Below are positions 20,063 through 30,093 of a stretch of 64,000 nt of DNA, piece by piece. The stretch's first letter is position 1. Each line of letters opens with the position of its first letter. The stretch spans positions 1,120,001 to 1,184,000 of the forward strand of contig CAWGJT010000005.1 of the NCBI GenBank assembly GCA_963822965.1. The letters are read 5' to 3'. Source of the stretch: an uncultured delta proteobacterium. Its GTDB lineage: Bacteria; Myxococcota_A; UBA9160; UBA4427. The position numbers and the translations under genes are program-made. The notes beneath the pieces were generated by a model. It did not search any database. It was given only the letters and a program-made list of their open reading frames with translations, and was not told where the DNA came from.

Positions 20063-21248
20063 GCGCGTCGGCGAGGACGGCTGCCTGGCGGTCGAGCTCG
20101 GCCGGCGGCATCGCGGCATAGCACGGGAGCACCACCAGCTTCGCGAGCGCCTCCTTCGCCGTCACGGGCTCGAGCTTGGGTCGGTCGTCCGGCGCGGCGA
20201 TCGCCTGGGACCGCGGCAGGCCGGACGCGTCGAAGCCTTCCGCGCGCAGGGCCGCCGTGACCCGCGCCGGCTCGTCGACGAGGATCGGAAACACCCAGTA
20301 GTCGTGCGTGGGACTCCCGTCGCCGGGCAGGGGCACGAGGCCGACGACCCGGTCGCGCAGGCTCCTCCCCCAGGCGCGGCGCCGGACGATGGAAGCTTCG
20401 TCGAAGCGCCGGATGCGCCGCTCGAGCAGGGCGAGCTGCGGGGCGTTCGGTCGCCAACGGAGCTTGCCGGCGCTGCCGAGACGCGCGACGCCCCGGACGG
20501 CGTCCGCCACCGGATCCTCGTAGTCCCGGTCCAGGAGACGGAACACACCCGCCACGGCGCCGAACACCCAGGGCCAGGTGAGCGTCTTCAGCAGGGCGAA
20601 CTTCGCCAGGCGCGCGAAGAGCGAACGCCGGGTCTGGACGGGGTGCCCGGCCTGGACGTCGCGCATGCACGCCAGCAGGCCGGCGTCGCGCACCCGCACC
20701 AGGGCGCCTCCCAGCGCCGTCGCCGTCTTGAGGGGACCGAAGCTGAAGAGCGTGACGTCGGAGTCGGGATGACCCCGGAATCCGCCTCCGCAGAAGGCCT
20801 GCGCGCAGTCCTCGATCACCAGCAATCCGTGGCGCCGGGCGATCTCGACGATCGGCTCCAGGTCGACCCGGGTGCCGAAGAGATGGGCGACGACGACCGC
20901 CCGCGTGCGCGGCGTGATTGCGCGCTCCAGGAGGCCTGGCCGCGGCCCCATGGTGGCGAGCTCGAGATCGACCGGAACGGGAACCAGCCCGTGACGAACG
21001 GCGATCTTGACCATGCCCTTCACGTTCAAGGCCGAGAAGAGGATCTCGTCTCCCCGTGGCCAGGCCAGCGCTTCCAGCAGCAGATCGAAGCCGCTCCGCA
21101 CCGAATGGCACGCCAGGGCGTCTCCCGCCTCGGACCAGAGGGCTTCGAGACGACCCTGCGCGGCCTCCCGGTCCGCCGGCAGCGCGCAGCGGAGGGCCGC
21201 GAAGGCCAGGTCGTCGAAGCCCACGTCGAGTCGTACCCGGGACCACAT
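19998..21248 (-). CDS. DegT/DnrJ/EryC1/StrS family PLP-dependent aminotransferase
   Basis: TRAVVVAHLFG, VIEDCAQAF, FSFGPLKT; this is the C-terminal part of the long track ORF 19998..25202. Confidence 0.85.
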   Translation of the reverse strand: MWSRVRLDVGFDDLAFAALRCALPADREAAQGRLEALWSEAGDALACHSVRSGFDLLLEALAWPRGDEILFSALNVKGMVKIAVRHGLVPVPVDLELATMGPRPGLLERAITPRTRAVVVAHLFGTRVDLEPIVEIARRHGLLVIEDCAQAFCGGGFRGHPDSDVTLFSFGPLKTATALGGALVRVRDAGLLACMRDVQAGHPVQTRRSLFARLAKFALLKTLTWPWVFGAVAGVFRLLDRDYEDPVADAVRGVARLGSAGKLRWRPNAPQLALLERRIRRFDEASIVRRRAWGRSLRDRVVGLVPLPGDGSPTHDYWVFPILVDEPARVTAALRAEGFDASGLPRSQAIAAPDDRPKLEPVTAKEALAKLVVLPCYAAMPPAELDRQAAVLADALSAGTPPSRRRGSRDRRARTS

Positions 21249-21250
21249 CG

Positions 21251-22090
21251 TCAGCACCTCGGCTTGCGCAGCACGAAGCGCAGGTACACCCGTTCGCGGC
21301 TCTCGAAGTCTCGGAACTCGGCGTCGCCTTCTCCGCGCACGGCCGCGAAGCGCTCGAACGACGTGCGCAGGAAGCGCGGCGCGTGCCGAGCGATGAGCTC
21401 GCGCTTGCGATCGCTCTCGAGCTCCATCGAGCGCAGGACGCCGTCGGTGACGTCCTCCTCCTCGAGCAGCTCGAGGCCGCTGGCCTTCAGCCGTCCGTAG
21501 AGGCCCGGCACCTTCTTCCGCTTGCGGTAGTCCGCGAAGAGGAAGGTTCCACCCGGGCGCAGCACCCGGCGGACCTCGGCGAAGAAGCGCTCCACATGCT
21601 CGTAGAGGAGCGACGACTCGACGTTCAGCACGACGTCGAAGCTGGCGTCGTCGAAGGGCAGGGCCTCGGCGTCGCCGACCTCGAAGGAGAGCCCAGGCAC
21701 TTCGTACTCGCGGCGGCAGAAGCGGATGGCGCTGGCGGTGAGGTCGACCCCCACCAGGCAACGCGGTCGCAGGACGCGCGCGAGGTGGTCCGCGCCGCCG
21801 CCCCGGCCGCATCCGACCTCGAGCACGTCGAGCCGGCTCCAGTCGGCCGCTCCGGCGACGTGCCGGTAGAGCTGGATCGGGTAGCGATTGGGCTCGTCCC
21901 GCCCGTCGAGCGGCAGGGGCTCGGCCTGGCCTCCGGGCGCGAAGCCGTGGTTCAGGAAGAGGAGGTCGCTTCCCGTGTCGTAGCGAGACAGATGCTCGAA
22001 CCACTGCCGCTTCAGCCACCATCGCGGCCGACTGGGCAGCTTCTTCCAGAGCGTCTGGACCGTCGGCACGCGTCCTCCCGTCCGACCCAA
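21251..22090 (-). CDS. Class I SAM-dependent methyltransferase (resembles mycobacterial phthiotriol/fatty-acid O-methyltransferases)
   Basis: FLNHGF, RYPIQLY, VLEVGCGRGGGA, GDAEALPF, VLNVESS, VLRPGG. Confidence 0.85.
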   Translation of the reverse strand: MGRTGGRVPTVQTLWKKLPSRPRWWLKRQWFEHLSRYDTGSDLLFLNHGFAPGGQAEPLPLDGRDEPNRYPIQLYRHVAGAADWSRLDVLEVGCGRGGGADHLARVLRPRCLVGVDLTASAIRFCRREYEVPGLSFEVGDAEALPFDDASFDVVLNVESSLLYEHVERFFAEVRRVLRPGGTFLFADYRKRKKVPGLYGRLKASGLELLEEEDVTDGVLRSMELESDRKRELIARHAPRFLRTSFERFAAVRGEGDAEFRDFESRERVYLRFVLRKPRC

Positions 22091-22226
22091 TGTCTACCAC
22101 ACCGACTCGGGTCTCCGGCCGGTTGGCTCTTCCGCGTGTCCCGGAAGGATTTCGGGGCCCGCGGCGCGCAACTTTTCGCCTGCCGAACGGTTCAGCTCTG
22201 ATACAACCGACCGGTGAGGTGTCGAA

Positions 22227-25200
22227 ATGGACGAGCGGTGCGCACGACGACCCGGAATCCGGGGCCGATCCGAGCGGCTGGCCCGGGCGCGGGCCGATGG
22301 GCGGGGATCGATCCTGCCCGGCTTTCTTCCTGGCTTTCTTGGCGGCCTTCTTCGCCGCCTCCTTCCCGGCCTTCTTCGCCGCCTCCTTCGCCGCCTCCTT
22401 CGCCGCCCCCTTCGCCGCCTTCTTCGCCGCCCCCTTCGCCGCCTCCTTCGCCGCCTCCTTCGCCGCCCCCTTCCCGGCCTTGCTCCGGCCCTCGTTCTCG
22501 CCCTGGCTTCGGCTGCGGCAGGGGCGCCGTCGTTCCTCGCGTTCGAGAGCGGACCCGTGCGGCCGATGGCGCTGTCGCCGGACGGGACGACGCTCTACGC
22601 CGTCAACACACCGGACGGCTATCTCGAGGTCTTCACGGTCGGCGCCGAAGGCCTCACGTTCTCGCGCTCGATCCCGGTCGGGCTGGAGCCCGTCGCCGTG
22701 GCGGTCCGCTCCGCCAGCGAGGTCTGGGTGGTGAATCACCTGTCCGACAGCGTGAGCATCGTGGACCCCGCCGCCGGGATCGTGACGCGAACGCTGCTCG
22801 TCGGCGACGAGCCCCGCGACATCGTCTTCGCCGGGCCCACGGACTCGCGGGCGTTCATCACCACGGCCCACCGCGGCCAGCACCGAACGGATCCTTCCAT
22901 CGCGTCGGTGCCCGGCGCCGGCGACCCCCAGCTCACCACCGAGGGGATCGGCCGCGCCGACGTGTGGGTCTTCGACGCGGGCAATCTCGGCACGACGGTC
23001 GGCGGCACTCCGATCCGCATCGTGACCGTGTTCGGCGACACCCCCCGGGCCCTGGCCCGCTCGACTGACGGCTCCAGCGTCTACGTCGCCATCCACCACT
23101 CGGGCAACCGCACCGCTGCGGTCAACGGGGGCTTCGTGTGCGACGGCTTCAGCCAGACGACGTCCTGTCTGATCGGCGGCGTCGTCACCGCTCCCGGCGG
23201 CGTGCCCGGCCCGAGCCAGAACGTCGAGGGCTTCCCGGCGCCCGAGGTCGGTCTCATCGCGAAGCAGGACGCGAGCGGGGTCTGGCGCGACGTCCTCGGG
23301 CGCAATTGGAGCACCTTCGTGCGCTTCGACCTGCCCGATCTCGACGTCTTCGAGATCGACGCGGCCACGCTCTCGCAGACCGCGTCCCACGCGGGAGTCG
23401 GCACCACGCTCTTCAACATGGCGGTGAATCCCGTGAGCGGACGGCTCTACGTCTCGAACACCGACTCGCAGAACCTCACGCAGTTCGAGGGTCCCGGGGT
23501 GACCGGCGGATCGACGGTCCAGGGCCACCTCGCCGAGGCGCGGATCACGGTGATCGACGGAGCGACGGTCTCCCCGCGCCACCTGAACAAGCACCTCGAC
23601 TACGGCGTCCTGGCGGGCGACCCGTCCTTCGACCCGACCGCAAAGCAGCACAGCCTGGCGACGCCCCTCGAGATGGCGGTAAGCACCGATGGCGCGACGC
23701 TGTACGTCGCCGCGTTCGGCTCGAGCCGGGTCGGCGTGTTTCCCACAGCCGCCCTCGAAGCGGATTCCTTCGATCCGACGGCCCTCAGCGCCGGCTACAT
23801 CGACGTGAGCGGTGGCGGACCTGCGGGCCTCGTGCTCGACGAGGGGAACGACCGGCTCTTCGTCTACACCCGCTTCGACAACGGAATCTCGATGGTCGAT
23901 CTCGGCACCGGCCTCGAGAGCGCCCACTGGAACTTCCCGGACCAGGAGCCCTTCGAGATCGTCGACGGCCGCCCCTTCCTCTACGACGCGCAGACCGCGT
24001 CGGGCAACGGGGAAGCGTCCTGCGCCTCGTGCCACATCTTCGGCGATCTCGATCATCTCGGCTGGGATCTCGGCAACCCCGACGACGTGCTCAAGTCCAA
24101 CCCGATGGTGATCGCCTTCGCACCGAGCCCGGCGCCGCCCGGATTGAACGGGGTCGGCCAGACCGACGTCTTCCACCCGATGAAGGGCCCGATGACGACG
24201 CAGACCCTGCGCGGGCTGCAGCACGGCGGCGCGATGCACTGGCGGGGCGACCGATCGAACGGCTTCTTCGGCATGGATCCCGACGACGAGGACCAGGCCT
24301 TCCGGAACTTCATCGTCGCCTTCGAGGGGCTGCTCGGTCGCGACACGCCGTTCCCCGAGGCCGACATGCAGCGCTTCGCGGACTTCGCGCTCAGGCTGGT
24401 GCTGCCACCCAACCCGATCCGGCCGCTCGACGACCAGCTTCCCCCGGACGCGGCGGCGGGCCGCGACTTCTTCTTCGCCAACGCGGTCGACGGCGCCCGC
24501 ACCTGCGAGAACTGTCACCGCATCGACGCGAGTCAGGGCTTCTTCGGAGGCGGCACCTTCTCGACCTTCGAGGGCAGCTCCCAGGTCTTCAAGGTGCCCC
24601 ACCTGCGGAACCTTTACACCAAGGTGGGCATGTTCGGATTGCTGATCGGAGCGGGCGGCGGCTTCCAGAAAACGGGAGACCAGATTCGCGGCTTCGGGTT
24701 CTCGCACGACGGATCCGTCGACACGCTGTTCCGCTTCGTGAGCGGCGCGGTCTTCGACTTCCCGAACGACACGGAACGGCGAAACAGCGAGGCCTTCCTG
24801 CTGCAGATGGACAACGACCTCGCGCCGATCGTCGGCCAGCAGGTGACGCTCGACGCGACCAACGCCGCCGTGGCCAACCCGCGCATCGACCTGCTGGCCG
24901 CGCGCGCTTCGGCGCCCTTCTCGTCGCTGCTCCTGGACGGAGCGACGACCGAGTGCGAGCTGGTGGTGAAGGGGCGCGTCGCGGGCGACTCCCACGGATG
25001 GCTGCGGCTGCCGAACGGTCTCTTCCAGGAGGACGACGACCCGGTCCAGGCCGCGCTGCTCTCCGATGCGACGCTTCGCGGGCTGGCGCAGACCGAGGGC
25101 CCGCTCACCTATACGTGCGTGGCCCCGGGCTCCGGCCTGCGGGTGGGCATCGACCGCGACCTGGACGGCCAGCTCGACGGGCTCGACAACTGCCCCGGCC

Positions 25201-25391
25201 ACGTGAACCCGGGCCAGGTCGACGCGGACGGCGACGGGCTGGGCGATCCGTGCGATCCGACTCCCGTGCCCGAGCCGGGCCTCGTCGCCGGCCTGCTGGC
25301 GGGCGTGGCCCTGCTCTCGCAGCTCGATCGGCGGGAACGCAGGCGCCGCTCGCGCGCGCGAGGCGATGCGGGCCGGGACGGCGCGAGCTGA
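22227..25391 (+). CDS. Secreted YVTN/YncE-like beta-propeller + di-haem cytochrome c (bCcP/MauG-like) protein with TSP3-like repeat and PEP-CTERM tail
   Basis: LYAVNT and VWVVNHLSDSVS propeller blades; CASCH and CENCH; FKVPHLRNLY; DRDLDGQLDGLDNCP..DADGDGLGDPCD; VPEPG + TM + basic tail; GAGGT before ATG 22227. Confidence 0.85.
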   Translation: MDERCARRPGIRGRSERLARARADGRGSILPGFLPGFLGGLLRRLLPGLLRRLLRRLLRRPLRRLLRRPLRRLLRRLLRRPLPGLAPALVLALASAAAGAPSFLAFESGPVRPMALSPDGTTLYAVNTPDGYLEVFTVGAEGLTFSRSIPVGLEPVAVAVRSASEVWVVNHLSDSVSIVDPAAGIVTRTLLVGDEPRDIVFAGPTDSRAFITTAHRGQHRTDPSIASVPGAGDPQLTTEGIGRADVWVFDAGNLGTTVGGTPIRIVTVFGDTPRALARSTDGSSVYVAIHHSGNRTAAVNGGFVCDGFSQTTSCLIGGVVTAPGGVPGPSQNVEGFPAPEVGLIAKQDASGVWRDVLGRNWSTFVRFDLPDLDVFEIDAATLSQTASHAGVGTTLFNMAVNPVSGRLYVSNTDSQNLTQFEGPGVTGGSTVQGHLAEARITVIDGATVSPRHLNKHLDYGVLAGDPSFDPTAKQHSLATPLEMAVSTDGATLYVAAFGSSRVGVFPTAALEADSFDPTALSAGYIDVSGGGPAGLVLDEGNDRLFVYTRFDNGISMVDLGTGLESAHWNFPDQEPFEIVDGRPFLYDAQTASGNGEASCASCHIFGDLDHLGWDLGNPDDVLKSNPMVIAFAPSPAPPGLNGVGQTDVFHPMKGPMTTQTLRGLQHGGAMHWRGDRSNGFFGMDPDDEDQAFRNFIVAFEGLLGRDTPFPEADMQRFADFALRLVLPPNPIRPLDDQLPPDAAAGRDFFFANAVDGARTCENCHRIDASQGFFGGGTFSTFEGSSQVFKVPHLRNLYTKVGMFGLLIGAGGGFQKTGDQIRGFGFSHDGSVDTLFRFVSGAVFDFPNDTERRNSEAFLLQMDNDLAPIVGQQVTLDATNAAVANPRIDLLAARASAPFSSLLLDGATTECELVVKGRVAGDSHGWLRLPNGLFQEDDDPVQAALLSDATLRGLAQTEGPLTYTCVAPGSGLRVGIDRDLDGQLDGLDNCPGHVNPGQVDADGDGLGDPCDPTPVPEPGLVAGLLAGVALLSQLDRRERRRRSRARGDAGRDGAS
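22321..22476. repeat. 12-bp tandem repeat, 13 copies (consensus GCC[TC][TC]CTTCGCC)
   Basis: Units read directly: gctttcttcctg, gctttcttggcg, gccttcttcgcc, gcctccttcccg, and so on. Confidence 0.95.
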
Positions 25392-25461
25392 TCGGCAGGC
25401 GACGGCGCCCGGGATCTCACCCGGGGGCCGCGACCACGGCCGAACGCCTAAGGGCTCGCGG

Positions 25462-26097
25462 CTACTTCGCGGGGGCGGCGCCCGGGGGCGGACCGCCGGG
25501 AGCGGTGCCGCCGTGACCCATCATGCCGCCCTTGCCCATGCCCATGTGGCCCATGTGGCCGTCGGCCCGCGCGGCCTGTCGCTCTTCGGGGCTCAGTATG
25601 CCGTCCTTGTCCGTGTCGTACTTCTCGAGCATGGCGGCGTGGCGCTTGGCGCGATCCGCTCCGGCAGCCTGCATCTCTTCGGGGCTCACCGTGCCGTCCC
25701 CGTTCGCGTCCATCCGCATCTTCCGGTGGTCGGCCCGGATGGCCTCACGCTCCTTGGGTGAGATCTGGCCGTCGCCGTCCTTGTCGTACTTGTCGAGCAC
25801 GGCCTGCTTCTCGGCGTCGGCGGTCTTCCGCTCCTCCGGGCTGAGCTTGCCGTCACCGTCTTTGTCGAAGCGCCGGACGAGCATCTGGTCACGGAAGGCC
25901 TCGCGCTCGGCCGCGGAGACCTGGCCGTCACCGTTCGTGTCCATTCGCTCGACCAGGAGAGGCTTCCTGGGCTTCTGCTGTCCGGCCTTGCCCTGGGGCG
26001 CCGGGGCCCCCTGGGCATGCGCGGCGCCGGCGATCAGGCCAAAGGCCAGGATGGGCAGGGCACTCAGGATCCCTACGGACTTCCAGGAGGTCGACAT
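25462..26097 (-). CDS. Secreted EF-hand repeat protein
   Basis: Signal peptide and five DxxxDGxxSxxE loops (DTNGDGQVS, DKDGDGKLS, DKDGDGQIS, DANGDGTVS, DTDKDGILS). Confidence 0.88.
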   Translation of the reverse strand: MSTSWKSVGILSALPILAFGLIAGAAHAQGAPAPQGKAGQQKPRKPLLVERMDTNGDGQVSAAEREAFRDQMLVRRFDKDGDGKLSPEERKTADAEKQAVLDKYDKDGDGQISPKEREAIRADHRKMRMDANGDGTVSPEEMQAAGADRAKRHAAMLEKYDTDKDGILSPEERQAARADGHMGHMGMGKGGMMGHGGTAPGGPPPGAAPAK

Positions 26098-26324
26098 GGA
26101 ATTCTCCTTCTCCCTCGTCTCTCTTCCGTTTCCGCGTGTCTCGATCTCGAGCGTCGCCAGCGGGCGCCGACGGGTCGCTTCCGGACTCTACCCGAGGGAC
26201 CGATTTCGGCCTCCGGAATCGCGCTATCGAACCCTGTGCCGGCGAAAAGGTTCCGGGGGCGGGCTCGGCGCCCCGGCTCCCCTCGGGCATCGCCTAGGAC
26301 GGTCCCGCCGTCTACCCTCCGGGC

Positions 26325-26993
26325 ATGCCTGCCACCCTCGACCTGTCTCCCGACGAGCTGCTGACCACCACCCGGGCCGTCCGACGACGACTCGACTTCG
26401 ACCGCCCCGTCCCCCTTTCCCTGGTGGAGGAGTGCATCCAGATCGCCCTGCAGGCCCCCAGCGGCTCGAACGCCCGGGGCTGGCACTTCGTGGTCGTGGG
26501 CGATCCGGACAAGCGCGCGCGCATCGGGGAGCTGTACCGCCAGGCCTTCGACGCCTATCGGTCGATGCCCTTCTCGGCTCACGCCCTGGCCGAGCAGGCC
26601 CAGGGCGACGACGCCGCGGTCATGACCGGTGTCGTGAGCTCGGCCGAGGCCCTGGCCAACGACATGCACCGCGCGCCGTTCCTGGTGATCCCGTGCCTCC
26701 AGGGCCGGCTGCCCGCCATGGAGGGGCCCATGGGACACCTGGCCGTGGCGAGCCAGTACGGCTCGATCCTGCCCGCCTTCTGGAGCTTCATGCTGGCGGC
26801 GCGCGCCCGCGGGCTCGGAACGTCCTGGACCACCCTGCACCTGCTTCACGAGAAGGAGGTCGCCGAGCTTCTGGGCATCCCCGACGACGTGATGCAGACG
26901 GCCCTCTCCCCGGTCGCGTTCACCAAGGGCACCGACTTCAAGCCGGCGCGCGGACGCGATCTCGAAGGGGCGCTGCACGTCGACGCCTGGTAG
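26325..26993 (+). CDS. Nitroreductase family protein
   Basis: TTRAVRRRLD, QAPSGSN, FMLAARARGLGTSWTT. Confidence 0.92.
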   Translation: MPATLDLSPDELLTTTRAVRRRLDFDRPVPLSLVEECIQIALQAPSGSNARGWHFVVVGDPDKRARIGELYRQAFDAYRSMPFSAHALAEQAQGDDAAVMTGVVSSAEALANDMHRAPFLVIPCLQGRLPAMEGPMGHLAVASQYGSILPAFWSFMLAARARGLGTSWTTLHLLHEKEVAELLGIPDDVMQTALSPVAFTKGTDFKPARGRDLEGALHVDAW

Positions 26994-26997
26994 GCGC

Positions 26998-28749
26998 TCA
27001 CTCGCCCGGCCCCACCGTCATCCGGTCGAGAGAATCGAGAGAGGCCTGAAGCGATCGCCGCACCTCCGGGTCGGCCTCGAACAGGACCGCCCGCTCCAGG
27101 TGCTGCCGGGCGGCATCCACGTCTCCACGGGCCAGCAGGATCCGCGCCTCGGCGGCAAGCAGTCGGGCCGGGCGCCGGGAGTGGTCGTGTGCCCAGTGGA
27201 GCCACCGGGCGGCCTCCTCGGGACGCTGGCGGCTCCAGCTGCGGATCCAGGCGGCGACCCCGTTTCCCGCGCCCACCCGCCGGATGCGCGACGGGAACGC
27301 GTGCACCAGCCGGGCCCGCAACGCATCCGGCTCGGGGATCGTCGCCCGCGTCAGCGACAGCATCACCGAGACGTGCAGTGCCAGGACGACCACGGGTACG
27401 AGTGCGACCGCGCCCCACCCGAGTCGTTGGCGGCGCGTCTCGGGGCCCGCGACGACCGGATTCCCTGCCCCGCGTGGCTGCAGGGCCACGGCCGCCGCCG
27501 TGGCCACGAGCATCAATGGAAACGCGTGGTAGAGCGGACCGTCCACCGCGGAGTAGATCGAGAGCGTCGTCAACGCGATGAAGGCTCCCACGTGGGCTCG
27601 ACTCGCGTCCTGCCCCGATCGCGCTCTCGAACGCTGTAGCGCGGCCGTCCAGATGGCCGCGGCGAGCAGCAGGAATCCCACGGCTCCCGGAAGACCCCAC
27701 GCGAGCGCCGCCTGCAGCAGCACGTCGTGCGGCTGGGTGATGTGCCTGCGCGCGGCGATCGGCTCGAACGCGAAGCCTTCCGGCCCGAGCCCGACCACCG
27801 GATGTGCGACCACCGCGAGCCCGGCGTCCTGCCAGACCACGAGGCGGACCGACCGCCGCTGGGAAAGCTCCCGGCTGGTGCGCGAGGTCATCGACGGGAT
27901 GCCCAGATTGCCCGGATCCCGCTCGCGCGGGAGGAGTGACGAGAGTCCGGCTCCCACGAGCGCGGCGGCCAACGACGCCGCGAGCAGGCTCCGCCAGGGG
28001 CGCACCAGGCGAAGCAGCGCGACACCGCACAGGCTCACCGAAACGGCGACCAGCGCGCCCCGGCTCCCGCTCCAGAAGAGGAGCCCCCAGGCGCCACACG
28101 AGGCGGCGAAGAAGACGACCCATCGCAGACGCGGCGTCGGAGTCACCAGACCGGCCGCCAGCAGACCGAGCCCGTACGCCACGTAGTACCCGAAGTTGCG
28201 GGTGTTCGCGAAGCCCGGGGCGGCGGCCTGCCAGTCCAGCCGAGCCCCGCGCGCGAGACCGAGAGCCGAGGCGAAGAGGAGCATCGCGTAGAGGACCGCA
28301 CCCGCCGCCAGCCCGGCCAGCACGAAGTCGCTGCGCTTCGGATGGCTGCGCAGCTGCGCCCACAGCACGACGCCGAACAGACCGTGGCCCCACCACTCGG
28401 CCTGGCGCAGCAGGCCGGGAGCCGCGTGGGGCGAGAACGCCAGGGCCAGCAGCGAGCCCGCGACCCACAGCGCGAGCCCCGCGCGGACCGGTGCCGACCC
28501 GTCCGAGAGGCGCGGCAGGACGAGCCCGCGATCCGTGAGCGCCAGCAGCACGAAGCCGAGCTCGAGTCCGACGATCAGGACCCGCGAGCCGGCGGTCCCC
28601 GCGAAGGGACCCGGCAGCGCTCGGATCCAGGGAACCGCGGCCAGCAGGAGAAGAAGCGGCGCCCAGCTGGCCTGCCACAGCCAACCGCTTGGCGTTCGCG
28701 CGGGCAGCCGGCCGCGGAGCGCTGCGCCTGCCGTGAGGCGGTCCGCCAT
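26998..28749 (-). CDS. O-antigen ligase (Wzy_C)-family membrane protein
   Basis: Multi-TM; WSGSRGA, RLVVWQ, PVVGLGP, QPHDVLLQ; TPR-like tail. Confidence 0.8.
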   Translation of the reverse strand: MADRLTAGAALRGRLPARTPSGWLWQASWAPLLLLLAAVPWIRALPGPFAGTAGSRVLIVGLELGFVLLALTDRGLVLPRLSDGSAPVRAGLALWVAGSLLALAFSPHAAPGLLRQAEWWGHGLFGVVLWAQLRSHPKRSDFVLAGLAAGAVLYAMLLFASALGLARGARLDWQAAAPGFANTRNFGYYVAYGLGLLAAGLVTPTPRLRWVVFFAASCGAWGLLFWSGSRGALVAVSVSLCGVALLRLVRPWRSLLAASLAAALVGAGLSSLLPRERDPGNLGIPSMTSRTSRELSQRRSVRLVVWQDAGLAVVAHPVVGLGPEGFAFEPIAARRHITQPHDVLLQAALAWGLPGAVGFLLLAAAIWTAALQRSRARSGQDASRAHVGAFIALTTLSIYSAVDGPLYHAFPLMLVATAAAVALQPRGAGNPVVAGPETRRQRLGWGAVALVPVVVLALHVSVMLSLTRATIPEPDALRARLVHAFPSRIRRVGAGNGVAAWIRSWSRQRPEEAARWLHWAHDHSRRPARLLAAEARILLARGDVDAARQHLERAVLFEADPEVRRSLQASLDSLDRMTVGPGE

Positions 28750-29037
28750 GAGGCCACTATACGCTCCGGCGCTTGGATCGGGCTCGTGTTCCGGCGCGGA
28801 TCGGACGACAAGTCCCGATGCATCCTCGGGGGACCCTCCGATGTCCGGCATCGAGGACGTCGTCCGGCTCGCCGCGGCCACGCGCGAGACGCGCGAGGCG
28901 AACCGCCAGCGCTGAGCGACGCACGGCCGGGTCACGGCGCTGGCTGCCGGCGCCTTCCCGGGATACGCTCTCGGCGCGCGCCGCGGTGTCGGTGATACCG
29001 CAAGAAGCGGGCGGCCCTCGAGCCGCCGCGGAGAGTC

Positions 29038-29994
29038 ATGGGCGCACTCTCGAACCGACTGGGCCGCAGCCGCAGCGACGAAAGCTGCGATCGGGGCGGC
29101 GGAGCCGAATGCCACTGGGTATTTCGCTTCGCCAACGGGCTGGTGGTCCACACCGATCCGCTCATGCGGCCCGGCGGCGACCGGGTCCTGCCCCTGGGTG
29201 GGCCCCAGGACACGATCCTGAACCACCTGGTCTGCTTTCCCGAGCGCGTGCGGGGCAAGCGCGTCTTCGACCCGTTCGCGGGGTCGGGCATCTTCGGGCT
29301 GATGGCGCTCCACCTGGGCGCGGCCCACGTGGAGTTGCTGGACGTGAATCCGCGCGCGTGCGCGTTCCAGCGCGAGAACGCGGAACGGAACGGGCTCGAT
29401 CCCGGCCGCTACGACGTCCACCTCGAGTCCATCGAGGCCTTCGAGCCGGCGGAGCCCTTCGATCTGCTGCTCGCGAACCCGCCCTTCGTACCGACGCCCC
29501 CGGGCGTCCCGGGAACGCTCACGTCCGCCGGTGGACCGGAGGGCAACGGCCCGGTCGCGGCGCTGCTGCAGAAGCTCGACCGCCTGCTCGTGCCCGAGGG
29601 CGAGGCCTTCGTCTACGTCATGCAGCTGGTCGCGAAGGGCCGTCCCCTCGTCGCCGGGCCGCTGGTGGCGCACGTGCGCGAGCGCAGCACCCTCTTCACG
29701 CCCACCCAGGTCGAAGAGATCCCCTTCGACGACTACTGCGACGTCTATCGGCAGTGCTTCGCGCAGCACACCGCCGCCGTCGATGGCTGGCAGGTCGGGC
29801 TCTCGGCGCAGCACGGTCCACTCGGCGTCCAGCACTACGTGATGCACGTGGGCCCGAAGCGCCCCGGCCCCGCGAGCTGGACCGTCGTCCACGACCTGGC
29901 CGAGAAGTACGGCATCGCCCCCTACCCCGCCCACACGAACCCGCAGCTCGCCCTCGGCCGGGTGCTCGAGAACGTGGTGCCGGCGCCGACCTGA
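29038..29994 (+). CDS. HemK/PrmC-like SAM methyltransferase
   Basis: DPFAGSG, DVNPRA, FDLLLANPPF, GGPEG. Confidence 0.8.
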   Translation: MGALSNRLGRSRSDESCDRGGGAECHWVFRFANGLVVHTDPLMRPGGDRVLPLGGPQDTILNHLVCFPERVRGKRVFDPFAGSGIFGLMALHLGAAHVELLDVNPRACAFQRENAERNGLDPGRYDVHLESIEAFEPAEPFDLLLANPPFVPTPPGVPGTLTSAGGPEGNGPVAALLQKLDRLLVPEGEAFVYVMQLVAKGRPLVAGPLVAHVRERSTLFTPTQVEEIPFDDYCDVYRQCFAQHTAAVDGWQVGLSAQHGPLGVQHYVMHVGPKRPGPASWTVVHDLAEKYGIAPYPAHTNPQLALGRVLENVVPAPT

Positions 29995-30093
29995 CGGCTC
30001 GCACCCGGAGACCGGCGAGGAAGAGTCGACGGAGCGCTACCCTGGGTTGTCCGCGGATCGACCGGACCGATCCGAACGAGCCAACGAGGAGGG

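Noticed and set aside
19998..25202. 1734-aa ORF as a single giant protein
   Set aside because: Only 19998-21248 is a recognisable protein; the rest is antisense or off-frame shadow typical of high-GC DNA.
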